Below, in pieces: positions 40,519 to 50,248 of a stretch of DNA of 64,000 nucleotides. The number at the start of each line of letters is the position of its first letter. Positions within the stretch are counted from its first letter, which is position 1. The stretch lies in NCBI GenBank assembly GCA_963667175.2, contig CAXXXF010000015.1:841913-905912 (forward strand), given 5' to 3'. Under the pieces are notes generated by a model. The model saw only the letters and a list, made by a program, of their open reading frames with translations. It was not told the origin of the DNA and searched no databases. Source of the stretch: Candidatus Latescibacterota bacterium. Its GTDB lineage: Bacteria; Latescibacterota; UBA2968; GCA-2709665. The position numbers and the translations under genes are program-made.

Positions 40519-41502
40519 ATGAGAACTCCGCTCTGTGTTTTCACACCACAGGTTGGTACGATTTCGGAAACCTTCATCCGCCGCCATGTAAAGGATCTGC
40601 TGCCCGGCGGAACCGTCGCGATAACATGCCAGGTAGGTGATCCGGCACGATCCAGTTGGAGTGTAGACGGTCCGATGCTCGTGTTAGATCACATCGAACC
40701 GGTTCGGTTCACACGAGAGACCGGTTGGGAGTTTGCTTCGAGTCATTTGGACGCAATAAAAGGATACTTGCAGGAAAACCGGGTGCAGGTTGTATTGGGA
40801 GAATACCTGGACGTGTGCCTGCCTCTTTTGGAGATCGCTCTAGAGTTGGACATTCCATTCTGGGGTCACGCGCATGGCTACGACATCTCGATGCGTCTAC
40901 GTGATCCCGACATGAGAGATAAGTACCTGAGATACAGCGACGGGGCAGGCGTTATTGTTGGTTGTGAGTGGGCCCGAGAAAGGCTAATTCGATTGGGTCT
41001 TCCGACCCAGAAGCTTTACGTCGCAGCCTGTGGTGTTGCCGTGCCGAAACGACCGGTGATCCGGTCGTTTCGGGGACAAATCCGATGCTTGGCAGTCGGA
41101 CGCTTTGTGCCCAAGAAAGGTCCTTTATTCACTCTGGCTGCGATTCGCAAAGCGTTGAAAGTGTGTCCAAATCTACGATTGGATTTTATCGGTTCAGGTG
41201 AAATGTTGCCTGCGGCTCAGGAGGAGGCAATGGCGCACAACCTTCCAGTTGTTGCGACCCGACATGCCGGCATTCCGGAGGCAGTGAAAGAAGGAATAAC
41301 TGGATTCTTGGTTAATGAAGGCAATACCATCGGCATGGCGGAGTATGTCGTCAGGCTGGCGCACGTTGGGGAATTGCGCGATCGCATGGGAAATGCCGGC
41401 CGTACGCGGATCGTTGAGCGTTTTTGCTGGGGAGACGAACGTCTTGCTTTATTGGACCTGTTCGGACTTCGAAATGGCACTGACGGCACTGCAGCAGCTT
41501 GA
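40519..41502 (+). CDS. Glycosyltransferase family 4, possibly internally deleted
   Basis: SETFI, HGYD, VGRFVPKKG, EAMA..LPVVATRHAGIPE. Confidence 0.8.
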   Translation: MRTPLCVFTPQVGTISETFIRRHVKDLLPGGTVAITCQVGDPARSSWSVDGPMLVLDHIEPVRFTRETGWEFASSHLDAIKGYLQENRVQVVLGEYLDVCLPLLEIALELDIPFWGHAHGYDISMRLRDPDMRDKYLRYSDGAGVIVGCEWARERLIRLGLPTQKLYVAACGVAVPKRPVIRSFRGQIRCLAVGRFVPKKGPLFTLAAIRKALKVCPNLRLDFIGSGEMLPAAQEEAMAHNLPVVATRHAGIPEAVKEGITGFLVNEGNTIGMAEYVVRLAHVGELRDRMGNAGRTRIVERFCWGDERLALLDLFGLRNGTDGTAAA

Positions 41503-41565
41503 ATAACGGATTTCGACATGGGCTGCGATCAGAATTGCCGTAATGCTTAATCTTGAAGGGGGTAG

Positions 41566-42156
41566 ATGAAGATGCAATCTAAGGAAGATGGCAAGAACTT
41601 CGCACTGGTCGTGCTTGGCTTGGGCAGGTCCTTTCTCGATATCCCACGAATTATGAGAATTGCGAGCGAAGAGCACTCCAACGCTGTAATTGTCACTGGT
41701 CGCGGCGCCTGTGAAGACGTAATAAAGTTCGTAAAGCACATCGCCCGAGACGTCGAAATCTTGCCGGTTGAGAATGGATCTGCATCTTCGACCATCGGGA
41801 ATTCGTTCATGAGCGGCCAGAAGCCACCACACGTACTTGCCGAACGACTCGATCGTTATTTGGAACAACATTACCAACAGGATTCATTGAGATTGAGGGA
41901 TCTATGTACCAGCTTTCGGATCTCGTCAAGTTATGTTACTCGGCTCTTCAGGGAACATGTGGGTATGTCGTTTCGGAAACGGCTGAATCTACACAGGATA
42001 AGGAAAGCGAAGGATCTGCTGAAAACCACGGACCAAACCGTGGATTGCATTGCGAAGGACTGCGGCTTCAAGAATCATACGCGGCTCACAGAAGCGTTCT
42101 ATCGGTTTGAAGGCATGCCGCCGGGTCAGTTCAGGAGGGACTATTCCTCTTCCTAA
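41566..42156 (+). CDS. AraC-family transcriptional regulator with degenerate receiver-like N-terminus
   Basis: SSSYVTRLFREHVG.SF, RIRKAKDLL, IAKDCGF, GMPPGQFR. Confidence 0.85.
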   Translation: MKMQSKEDGKNFALVVLGLGRSFLDIPRIMRIASEEHSNAVIVTGRGACEDVIKFVKHIARDVEILPVENGSASSTIGNSFMSGQKPPHVLAERLDRYLEQHYQQDSLRLRDLCTSFRISSSYVTRLFREHVGMSFRKRLNLHRIRKAKDLLKTTDQTVDCIAKDCGFKNHTRLTEAFYRFEGMPPGQFRRDYSSS

Positions 42157-42210
42157 AACGAAGAGGGTGAGATGCCACATTCTGCAATTTCTGACGGAGG
42201 ACATGGGAAT

Positions 42211-43140
42211 ATGGATTCGAAAGAGACAGTCTTGCGAGGGTCAACGTGCAAGATTCATTCGTCTGCTGTTGTTGGTTCCGGAACCAGAGTAGGCGAGTAT
42301 ACGAAAATTATGGCTAGAGCGAGGGTTGGTTCCGTATGCGAAATCGGACACAATGTAGTGATCCACAACGACACTGTAATTGAAGACAACGTGCGGATCG
42401 ACGATTACGCGTCCGTGGGGAAGTTGCCAATGAAAGCTGTTGCGAGTGTCTTTGATGCAGATATGAAACTCGAGCCAGCCCAAATTGGTACTGGTTGTCT
42501 GATTGGTACGTCAGCGATTCTCTATCGCGGCTGCAGAATTGGGGAACACGTGCTTGTCGCGGACCTGGCGACCGTTCGGGAACACAGCAAGGTGGGCGAT
42601 TTTACCATAGTTGGACGCGGGGTTGCGGTCGAAGGCCACGTAAATGTAGGACCGCGCTGCAAAATTGAAGCCGGGGCGTATATTGCCGGACCTACTGATA
42701 TTGAGGAAGGGTGTTTCATTGCACCTGGAGTCGTCGTAACGAATGACAATTTCATGGGGCGTACGGAAGCCCGGAAGAAACAATTTAGAGGCATCAGCAT
42801 GAACGTTGGAGGTCGAATAGGCGCGAATGCTACTTTGCTGCCTGGAAAGAGGATTGCCCCGGATGGAGTGGTGGCCGCCGGCGCAGTAGTTACGCATGAC
42901 GTGCCATCTCGGACGATCGTATCCGGAGTACCGGCGCGCTATTTTGGGGAGGTCCCACACGACCAACTGTGGCCAAACCAGGAATCGCGCCTGAACGGCA
43001 AAGACGCTTCGAATCAGCTCGAAAAGGTCGCGCGATTGCCGCACTTGGATCGGCAGCACGCATCCGAGATGGAAGCAACCGGGATCGTGTTCTTTTTCGA
43101 TGAATTCGCATTCGAGTACAGGAATGATTCTTCAGATTAG
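42211..43140 (+). CDS. Hexapeptide-repeat N-acyltransferase (WbpD/WlbB-like)
   Basis: Left-handed beta-helix repeats, FIAPGVVVTND, IGANATLLPG, AGAVVTHDVP...GVPAR. Confidence 0.85.
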   Translation: MDSKETVLRGSTCKIHSSAVVGSGTRVGEYTKIMARARVGSVCEIGHNVVIHNDTVIEDNVRIDDYASVGKLPMKAVASVFDADMKLEPAQIGTGCLIGTSAILYRGCRIGEHVLVADLATVREHSKVGDFTIVGRGVAVEGHVNVGPRCKIEAGAYIAGPTDIEEGCFIAPGVVVTNDNFMGRTEARKKQFRGISMNVGGRIGANATLLPGKRIAPDGVVAAGAVVTHDVPSRTIVSGVPARYFGEVPHDQLWPNQESRLNGKDASNQLEKVARLPHLDRQHASEMEATGIVFFFDEFAFEYRNDSSD

Positions 43141-43702
43141 GAATTCGACCATGGGTGTCGAAAGGGGTCCCGAGTATTACGATGAGGTGTATGGGTCTAC
43201 GGAACTTTACCGACTTCACTATACTGAGTCGCGTTGCTACGCACTTTGGGGGCGGATCTTGAAGTTCCTGTCCATCTATCCATCGCCGCGTATCCTGGAA
43301 ATTGGGAGCGGCACGGGGCAGTTAGCGCATCTGCTGTGGGACGAAGGATATAGAAATTATAGGGGGTTCGATTTTAGTCCCGAAGCAATTCGTATCGCGA
43401 ACGGGATTTGCAAGCAGTCTTTCTGGGTAGCCGACGCACGGGAGCCGAAGACTTACGCTTGCGACTATGATTTGGTACTGGCAGTTGACCTGCTGGAACA
43501 CGTAGAAGACGATTTCGGGATTATCGGTCACATTAAAAAGGGAACCCCCTTTATTTTCACCTTGCCGACATTTGATGACCCGGCGCATGTGAGATGGTTC
43601 AGGCATCCGGAAGAGATCTATGAGCACTACGGCTCGCATATTGGATTTACCGGTGTGTCCTTCGTCAACCCGTGGTTCGTTTGTCTGGGTACGAATTACT
43701 GA
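43100..43702 (+). CDS. Class I SAM-dependent methyltransferase
   Basis: ILEIGSGTG, GFDFS, LLEHVEDD; true start may be 43124 or 43151. Confidence 0.88.
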   Translation: MNSHSSTGMILQIRNSTMGVERGPEYYDEVYGSTELYRLHYTESRCYALWGRILKFLSIYPSPRILEIGSGTGQLAHLLWDEGYRNYRGFDFSPEAIRIANGICKQSFWVADAREPKTYACDYDLVLAVDLLEHVEDDFGIIGHIKKGTPFIFTLPTFDDPAHVRWFRHPEEIYEHYGSHIGFTGVSFVNPWFVCLGTNY

Positions 43703-43753
43703 ATGGCAGCCGGTAAGTGATTTGTTGCCGCTTGACTAACTCTGAGACGCTTA

Positions 43754-45277
43754 ATGCCCTTGCTTCTATCTGGCGTGTTAGCCGCTGTCACTCTTGTAAG
43801 GCTGATACCTCGTTTATCGGCTCCTGCAATGGTGTCGGACACCTATGCACACTGGACTTGGATAAAGCGAATAAAGAAAGACGGCTACCACTGCACGCAC
43901 AAGATGGTTCACTATTACCCATTGGGGTTTCACCGAATGATCAGTGTATTGCCGCATCGCTTACTGGTGTGTTGGGAGAAAGTGAACGGTGCGTTCTTCG
44001 ACGGCGTCCACGTTTTGCTGTTTGCATTGGTCCTCGATACATTTGCTAAAGGGTTAGAGGATGTAATCGTTTGGGGCTGGGGACCCTTGTTGTTAGGTCT
44101 GTCTCCCGGCTGGCTTTCGTTAGGCCGCGGACCTCGGGCGTACCATGGTACGCCCCGCGTATGGGGCGAGTTGCTTGTCAGCTGTGCATTTGTAAGCCTG
44201 TGGTTTTTCCAGGATACGGGTTCTTGGTATTGGTGGTGTGGCGCTACGGGCTCAGGCGCACTTCTCCTATTGTCGAGTAAGTTCGGTACGCAGACGCTTG
44301 TGTTTTTCTGCGTGATTGTGGGTCTGTTACAGTGGAGTATTCCTGTTATATGCTTGCCTCTTGTATCTCTCGCCGGTGCTTTTCTGGTTTCAAAAGGCAA
44401 CTATAAGGCGATTCTGAGCGGACATTTGCGGCATCTGGTTTGGTACGCAATGCGCGTACAAAAAGGTGAGATGTTTGTTGCCGGACGTAATTCACTAACC
44501 GCGATTCGGCGGGTCTATCGCAGAGAAGGAATCCGGGGCGCCCTGACCCATTTCTTTACCGTGAATGGCGTGGGAACAGGTGTCTTTCAGCATCCCCTGC
44601 TATGCGTTGTGCTGATTCTAAGCCTTTTGGACGTGGGCATCTTGGAAGGGTCGGTCTTTGCGTGGCACTGGTTGCTGGCCGGAGTTGCCACGTGGCTGCT
44701 TTCTTCAACTCGCCGTCTATTGTTCGTCGGCGCTGCTGAGCGTTATCTGTTTATGGTTGCCGTAGCAGAATATTTCCTCGTTTGCCAATGGCTTGCCACG
44801 GTATCTCCTTTCTGGCGTTGGGCTTTTGTGAGTATATGCGTTTTGTATTGGGTGCGCTACGTGTGGCGGTTTCAATGCATATACGGAGGCTATTATCTGG
44901 AAAGCGAATCCAGAAAGCAGGTGATTAGATTCCTTGCGGGTCTTCAACCGGCACGAATCCTCGCATTTGATCGGGCTCCGGCGTGGGACGTGGCGTTCAA
45001 AACTGACCACGAACACTTTATGATGGTGCCCGAATTCGGAACAGCGGCAGCGTGGGATGCAGTGTTTGCCTTCGATACCTATCCCAAATGGACTGCGGTT
45101 TCGCTCTTGGGTGTGGAGTTGATATTGGTGAATCGAGATGCAATTGCCGATGCGATCCGGAGAAATGTTTCGGTGAAATTTCCATTTTCGGATCTTCGAA
45201 AGCTCTTTGACAACAAGGCATATCAAGTTTATAGGGTGGAAGTTTCCCACCAGAAGATGTCCCTTTGTACTCACTAA
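43754..45277 (+). CDS. Multi-pass membrane protein, possibly GT-C-like
   Basis: About 10 hydrophobic helices, SD..H and YPLGFH in the first loop, ERY motif, soluble C-terminus. Confidence 0.6.
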   Translation: MPLLLSGVLAAVTLVRLIPRLSAPAMVSDTYAHWTWIKRIKKDGYHCTHKMVHYYPLGFHRMISVLPHRLLVCWEKVNGAFFDGVHVLLFALVLDTFAKGLEDVIVWGWGPLLLGLSPGWLSLGRGPRAYHGTPRVWGELLVSCAFVSLWFFQDTGSWYWWCGATGSGALLLLSSKFGTQTLVFFCVIVGLLQWSIPVICLPLVSLAGAFLVSKGNYKAILSGHLRHLVWYAMRVQKGEMFVAGRNSLTAIRRVYRREGIRGALTHFFTVNGVGTGVFQHPLLCVVLILSLLDVGILEGSVFAWHWLLAGVATWLLSSTRRLLFVGAAERYLFMVAVAEYFLVCQWLATVSPFWRWAFVSICVLYWVRYVWRFQCIYGGYYLESESRKQVIRFLAGLQPARILAFDRAPAWDVAFKTDHEHFMMVPEFGTAAAWDAVFAFDTYPKWTAVSLLGVELILVNRDAIADAIRRNVSVKFPFSDLRKLFDNKAYQVYRVEVSHQKMSLCTH

Positions 45278-45583
45278 TTAAGTCCCGCACCGTTTGGTTC
45301 AACGGTGGAATTGGGGATGTGTATTCCCAATGTCGACGCTGGTGCCCATCTACAAGTGTTGAGTGAGACTACCTTTCCTGTGCGATTAGCCAAGTGGACC
45401 GACATCTTCCATATTTTCGGCCAAGAAGCGTGAAAAAGCTCGCAGAGTAAGAACTCCGTGCCACGAATTGACACAAGAGGGTTTCCCCGCATTCGCAAGT
45501 TCGGCAGGACATTTGGTAGGTAGATGTAAATTTGCATTGGTGGGATTCTAAAGCAAGGGGCTTGACAAATAGGAGATTTGCTA

Positions 45584-46804
45584 ATGAAGGTGTGCATGAT
45601 AACGTTTCAATATCCTCCAATGTTCAACGGTGGTGTCGCAACGGTTTCCTACAGATTAGCCAAGAATCTGGCGGCCCACGGTGTTGAAATGCATGTTGTT
45701 GCTCCAGGCGCGCACTTGATTGAAGAGCGCATATTCCCAACCTTTGAGGAGGATGTCGTGGTACACCGTACGTTTCCGGCCCTTGGAACGTACTTCGGTG
45801 ACCATGCTGAACTTGGGCGGATTGCTGACTACATAATTGCCTTGCATGGTGAAGTTAACTTCGACCTTGTTCATGCCTTATTTGTCGTACCTGCGGGGCA
45901 GATCGGTGCCGTTTTGTCGGGACAAATCGATTTACCATTGGTAGTGAGTATCCATGGAAGCGATATCGAATTAATGCGATATAACCCGGTTTTATCTCCA
46001 ACTGTAAGATGGATTCTAGAAAATGCCAGTGAGGTGACCGCTGTAAGTTCTGATTTGCTAGATAAAGCCCAGCGGTTTGCGGGGATTACAAAGGGTTGGG
46101 TCATCCCCAATGCAGTCGATCCGAGATCTTTCGACTCGTTGTCCGTCCGAGAGTTGGCCGCAAACCACGGATGGCGGTTTCAAGTTATCGTCGAGTCCTG
46201 CATACGTGCCAAACGCCGCGGCGGACCGGTAGTGGGAACAGTGGGGATGGTTAGGCCTGCAAAAGGGTTCTCGTTTCTCTTGCGAGCTTTTCACAAACTC
46301 GTGCAGAAATTCCCCCGCGCGCATTTACTTATAGTGGGGGATTTTATGAATCCTGATGAGAAAAAGAGAGTCTTCGATGAAATTAAGGCGAAAGGATTGA
46401 GGCGAAAGGTGTCATTGGTCGGCTTCGTGCCGGCGAGCCAAGTGGCTGCGTGGTTACGTGAAATGGATATTTTCGTGCTTCCATCCCTTCACGAAGGTTC
46501 TCCTTGCGCATTGATGGAGGCAATGGCATGTGGCCTTTCAGTGATCGCGACCGATATTGGAGGAATTCCGGATATAATAACGGACGGCGTTCATGGTCTG
46601 TTGGTGCCTCCCAGCGATTCAGAGGTGCTCGCGGAAAAAATCATCGCCTTGATTGATGATAATACGATGCGCACGAGACTGGGCACAGCCGCAAAACAAC
46701 GAATGGAATGCGAGTTTTCACCAGAAATCGAGATAAACAAATGGATGGATGTTTATGTTTCGGTCAAGAAAGGGACGCAGACATCAGTGCAAATCTTACA
46801 CTGA
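45584..46804 (+). CDS. Glycosyltransferase family 4
   Basis: YPP..GG, HGSD, IPNAVD, KG, FVLPSLHEG...MEAMACG; AGGAG RBS. Confidence 0.93.
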   Translation: MKVCMITFQYPPMFNGGVATVSYRLAKNLAAHGVEMHVVAPGAHLIEERIFPTFEEDVVVHRTFPALGTYFGDHAELGRIADYIIALHGEVNFDLVHALFVVPAGQIGAVLSGQIDLPLVVSIHGSDIELMRYNPVLSPTVRWILENASEVTAVSSDLLDKAQRFAGITKGWVIPNAVDPRSFDSLSVRELAANHGWRFQVIVESCIRAKRRGGPVVGTVGMVRPAKGFSFLLRAFHKLVQKFPRAHLLIVGDFMNPDEKKRVFDEIKAKGLRRKVSLVGFVPASQVAAWLREMDIFVLPSLHEGSPCALMEAMACGLSVIATDIGGIPDIITDGVHGLLVPPSDSEVLAEKIIALIDDNTMRTRLGTAAKQRMECEFSPEIEINKWMDVYVSVKKGTQTSVQILH

Positions 46805-46993
46805 GGTTGTGGATGAGAAATTCCCCACACAACGTAGTACGCGACCCACGGAATCACTCTAGTCAAGCATTATTCCATGTAAATCCAGTTCTTCCATACC
46901 GTCCATTCGCCCCCCTGATGGATTAACCCGCTTAACATGGTGGCAACTCTAGACCTGCGGTAATCGAAATCCAGGATCCAGGCCGCAATCAAT

Positions 46994-47611
46994 TTGACGA
47001 GACTTAAGATGAATTGGACACGTAAGAAGATAAACTGGAAACGGCTTGTTGTGGGTCTAGTTGTATTTATGTCGTTGTTGGATGTATTCCTTCTTGCAAA
47101 TGTGACGTGGAGGCATTTTCGCATCCAAAGGTTAATCGACGAAGAGCAGGGAATCTTAGATTTGAATTTTCCTCCGTTGTCAGAGAAACAGAGAGAAGAA
47201 ATCATCGGCGAAATATTCCCGGACTTCACTTGGATTGAAAAGGCAATACATGGCAAGATAATAGGATACCGGGTCTTTAGGGTTACCACTTTGCTTGGAT
47301 ACGCCTATCAAGTCAGAGAGGACATACCATGTCCTGTATGTGAAGATGTCAGATATTTCGTGGGACTTGGGCCTGAAAACACGATTCTTGACATTGTATT
47401 GGTGGATAATTTCCACCTTTACGGGAATCCGTTGCCTGAAATCGATCACCAGATATTTCTGACGCAGTTCTTAAATAAGAGGATAGATGATTCATCATTT
47501 TCTAATGAAGAAATAAAGGGAATTACCGGGGCCACCAAGACGACGCAACGATTTGTGGATGGCATGCGAGGTGTTAAAGCCATTCATGGAAAGGAATCAA
47601 CAGTACGATGA
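46994..47611 (+). CDS. Membrane-anchored FMN-binding (flavinylation substrate) protein with CxxC
   Basis: N-terminal TM helix, CPVC, FLTQF and GITGATKTT matching the [ST]GA[ST] flavinylation motif; start may be ATG 47009. Confidence 0.75.
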   Translation: MTRLKMNWTRKKINWKRLVVGLVVFMSLLDVFLLANVTWRHFRIQRLIDEEQGILDLNFPPLSEKQREEIIGEIFPDFTWIEKAIHGKIIGYRVFRVTTLLGYAYQVREDIPCPVCEDVRYFVGLGPENTILDIVLVDNFHLYGNPLPEIDHQIFLTQFLNKRIDDSSFSNEEIKGITGATKTTQRFVDGMRGVKAIHGKESTVR

Positions 47612-48207
47612 TGATCTCAAGCTGGATCAAACCATTGTCCCCATTAATGCTAGCCTGTATTACGGTTTGGCTATTGCATTTTGGGCAAGTTCAGACCAAT
47701 GAAATCATCCAGTTAGAAGACCGAATAGAACGCTTGAGGCACCCGCAGGCATCTCATTTGGCTTCGGTCCCAATCGGAAAAACGGCACCGTCATTTCAGC
47801 TACCTACTCTTGGTGGCATGAACTTTGTCTTTGATAGACCACAGTCTAGACTTTCGATCATCGTGTTTTTTTCTCCCAATGACTGTCCTTTATGTCTGAT
47901 TGAAGCGTTAATTTGGCGCGAATTGGATGAACTCTACGAATCCAAGGATGTTTCGGTAATTGGAATCATAGATGGAAAAATTGATGTTCGGCAAATTAGG
48001 ATGTTTTTGAAATCAAGGCGGATAGAATTCCCCGTATTGGTCGATAACGGGGCCCTCATTAGGCAGGCGTTCGGTGTAAAACATACACCCATTCGTATTA
48101 TCGTAGATTCATCGGGCAGAATCGTCGATGCTGAACTATCCACCAATAGCTCCATAAAACATAGGAACCTCAAAGAGAAAGTCGCCAGGCTTCTAATGAT
48201 CAACTGA
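47608..48207 (+). CDS. Membrane-anchored TlpA/AhpC-TSA thioredoxin-like protein
   Basis: IGKTAPSFQL, CPLC, FPVLVD, FGV..TP...IVDSSG. Confidence 0.85.
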   Translation: MMISSWIKPLSPLMLACITVWLLHFGQVQTNEIIQLEDRIERLRHPQASHLASVPIGKTAPSFQLPTLGGMNFVFDRPQSRLSIIVFFSPNDCPLCLIEALIWRELDELYESKDVSVIGIIDGKIDVRQIRMFLKSRRIEFPVLVDNGALIRQAFGVKHTPIRIIVDSSGRIVDAELSTNSSIKHRNLKEKVARLLMIN

Positions 48208-48420
48208 GTCCCAAAACACTGTATAACTTGAATGGTAGGGCACCGCGAAGATTCCGACATTGAACATTCACTAAACGACGCAGAAGAACGACTAAGCACA
48301 CTTCGTTCTGCACGAGGCAGTTTGTGCGCGTTAACGTCAGTGATTTTTTAAACTTCTACTATTCTGACGGTATACACCACGCCCCGTAGATCAGATTGAC
48401 TACATCTAAGGAGGTACGAA

Positions 48421-48624
48421 ATGAGATCAAAGATATTAAGTGCATTCGGTCTCGCATTCATGGGGATCGCAGGCATTGGATGGTTGGGCGGCAGCGCTAC
48501 GATGGCTTGCCCGCCGAACAATACGTGTAACGCAAACCAGGAACCAGAGCCGATTCCGTGCATTTCCGACTATTGCGGGGAGCAGAATGTAGGCGGCTAT
48601 TGCATCATGTGTGTCTCTAGTTAG
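48421..48624 (+). CDS. Small secreted six-cysteine peptide (67 aa)
   Basis: AAGGAGGT RBS; signal peptide ending SATMA; mature CPPNNTCNANQEPEPIPCISDYCGEQNVGGYCIMCVSS. Confidence 0.8.
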   Translation: MRSKILSAFGLAFMGIAGIGWLGGSATMACPPNNTCNANQEPEPIPCISDYCGEQNVGGYCIMCVSS

Positions 48625-48808
48625 CCGACCCGCAATTAAGTCAGGTGCAATCTGAGCCGGAATTGTAGTTAGTTCCGGTCGAACTCAAAGGCCATTAAAA
48701 CTAAACATGTGGCAATCTCCTGCCGGGCGTGGTGTAGATAATCCGAAAAACGTACCGAAATCGTTCAAACCGTCAAGTAAGTGGAACCTAAATTAACAGG
48801 AGAGACCT

Positions 48809-49858
48809 GTGAAAACCAGATTGTCCTTTTCGGTTCTTTATTTTATTTCGAGCATAGGATTGGTGATGAACTGTGGAAGAGGGGTGGCCGACAGACCGGC
48901 TTGGGAGGGGAAGAAGAAGATCGTTATGGAGAAAGAGTTTAGCATCGGTTCGGATGATTTGGCCAGAGGAGACTATATTTTCGGCAGTATCTGTGATATT
49001 GCAACGGATAGCGATGGAAACATATATGTGGCAGATAACGGCATGTTTCGCGTGCAAAAATTCCGCTCTGACGGAGAATTCGTCTTGTCAATAGGAAAAG
49101 GCAACGGGCTAGGGCCAGGGGAATTTGTGCGGATGACCAAGATCTCAATAGACGCGGAAGACAACCTGTATGTATCGGACCTGCAACAACGCCGTATTAC
49201 AGTGTTTAACCCTAATGGTGCCGTTGTCAATACGATCAAGGTGAAAATGATGCCGTTTCAGTCAGTAGTTGGGGCCAATGGGGCTATATTTACGACTGGA
49301 TTTCCGCCTTCCTTTAGCGGGCCGCTGATTCACAAATACGACCAAAGTGGATCATTGGTTGGATCTTTCTGCAGACGTGACGGCATTCACGAGCTGACGT
49401 TTCGAAGTGGAGATGCGGGTAGGCTAGCCATGGATCGTGACGGTAATATCCTTTACACGATCGTCTATCCGTACGAAATTCGGAAGTTTTCACCTGATGG
49501 TGAACTCTTAGGTGTGATTAAACGGACACCGTCGTTCTACGACCCACCAACTAGTGAACATCTGGAAATGTTCAGAACTCCGGTCGTAAAGATGCGAAGT
49601 GGTTCAAAAGGGCTGGTTGTCTTACCCAACAATCAAGTCTTCCATGTGATATATGAACTCAAAGGTGAAAAGCTTGTGTTTTACGGTGACTTGTTCTCCT
49701 CGGATGGTCGGTGGTTGCTGACAGTTCCCCTAACCGAAGTTAATATTCACTCGTATAGAATTATGTGGGCGGATCGGCACGGTAACTTTTACTTCGATGA
49801 GTCAGCAATATTCCCCAAGGTGACCAAATATTCCTTCGGTATTGTCGACGTGATTTAG
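48809..49858 (+). CDS. 6-bladed NHL beta-propeller lipoprotein
   Basis: Lipobox-like VMNC, DSDGNIYVAD, GLGPGEF, repeated blade motifs; AGGAG RBS. Confidence 0.85.
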   Translation: MKTRLSFSVLYFISSIGLVMNCGRGVADRPAWEGKKKIVMEKEFSIGSDDLARGDYIFGSICDIATDSDGNIYVADNGMFRVQKFRSDGEFVLSIGKGNGLGPGEFVRMTKISIDAEDNLYVSDLQQRRITVFNPNGAVVNTIKVKMMPFQSVVGANGAIFTTGFPPSFSGPLIHKYDQSGSLVGSFCRRDGIHELTFRSGDAGRLAMDRDGNILYTIVYPYEIRKFSPDGELLGVIKRTPSFYDPPTSEHLEMFRTPVVKMRSGSKGLVVLPNNQVFHVIYELKGEKLVFYGDLFSSDGRWLLTVPLTEVNIHSYRIMWADRHGNFYFDESAIFPKVTKYSFGIVDVI

Positions 49859-50248
49859 TTTGAAGATAAACGGGGTCCAAACCCCCGCTTTGTTTTACCC
49901 GTATCAAGGTGAGACGATCGGAATGGCCTTGAAAGTGACTGGCGTGGAAAGCTGACAATGCGGATTGCCCTTTGGCGATGCTTCTTTGTCTACAATGTAA
50001 TCCTTTCAGACATTCCGGAAGCCCAATCGGTCACTTCTACAGTTCGCTATTTGTTTCCTTTGGACTTAAGTATTCCAGAGAAAACCGAACGTGACAAAAT
50101 GAAAATGTCAATCCGAATCTACCTGCTATTGAATGTAACCATTTGCTTCTCGACAGTAAATGCAAGGGAAGTCACGGAAACTCGTCTTTCCATGGGCACC
50201 TTCGTATCTGTTACGATTGACGATGTTTTCGGACGGTCTGACCGGATC

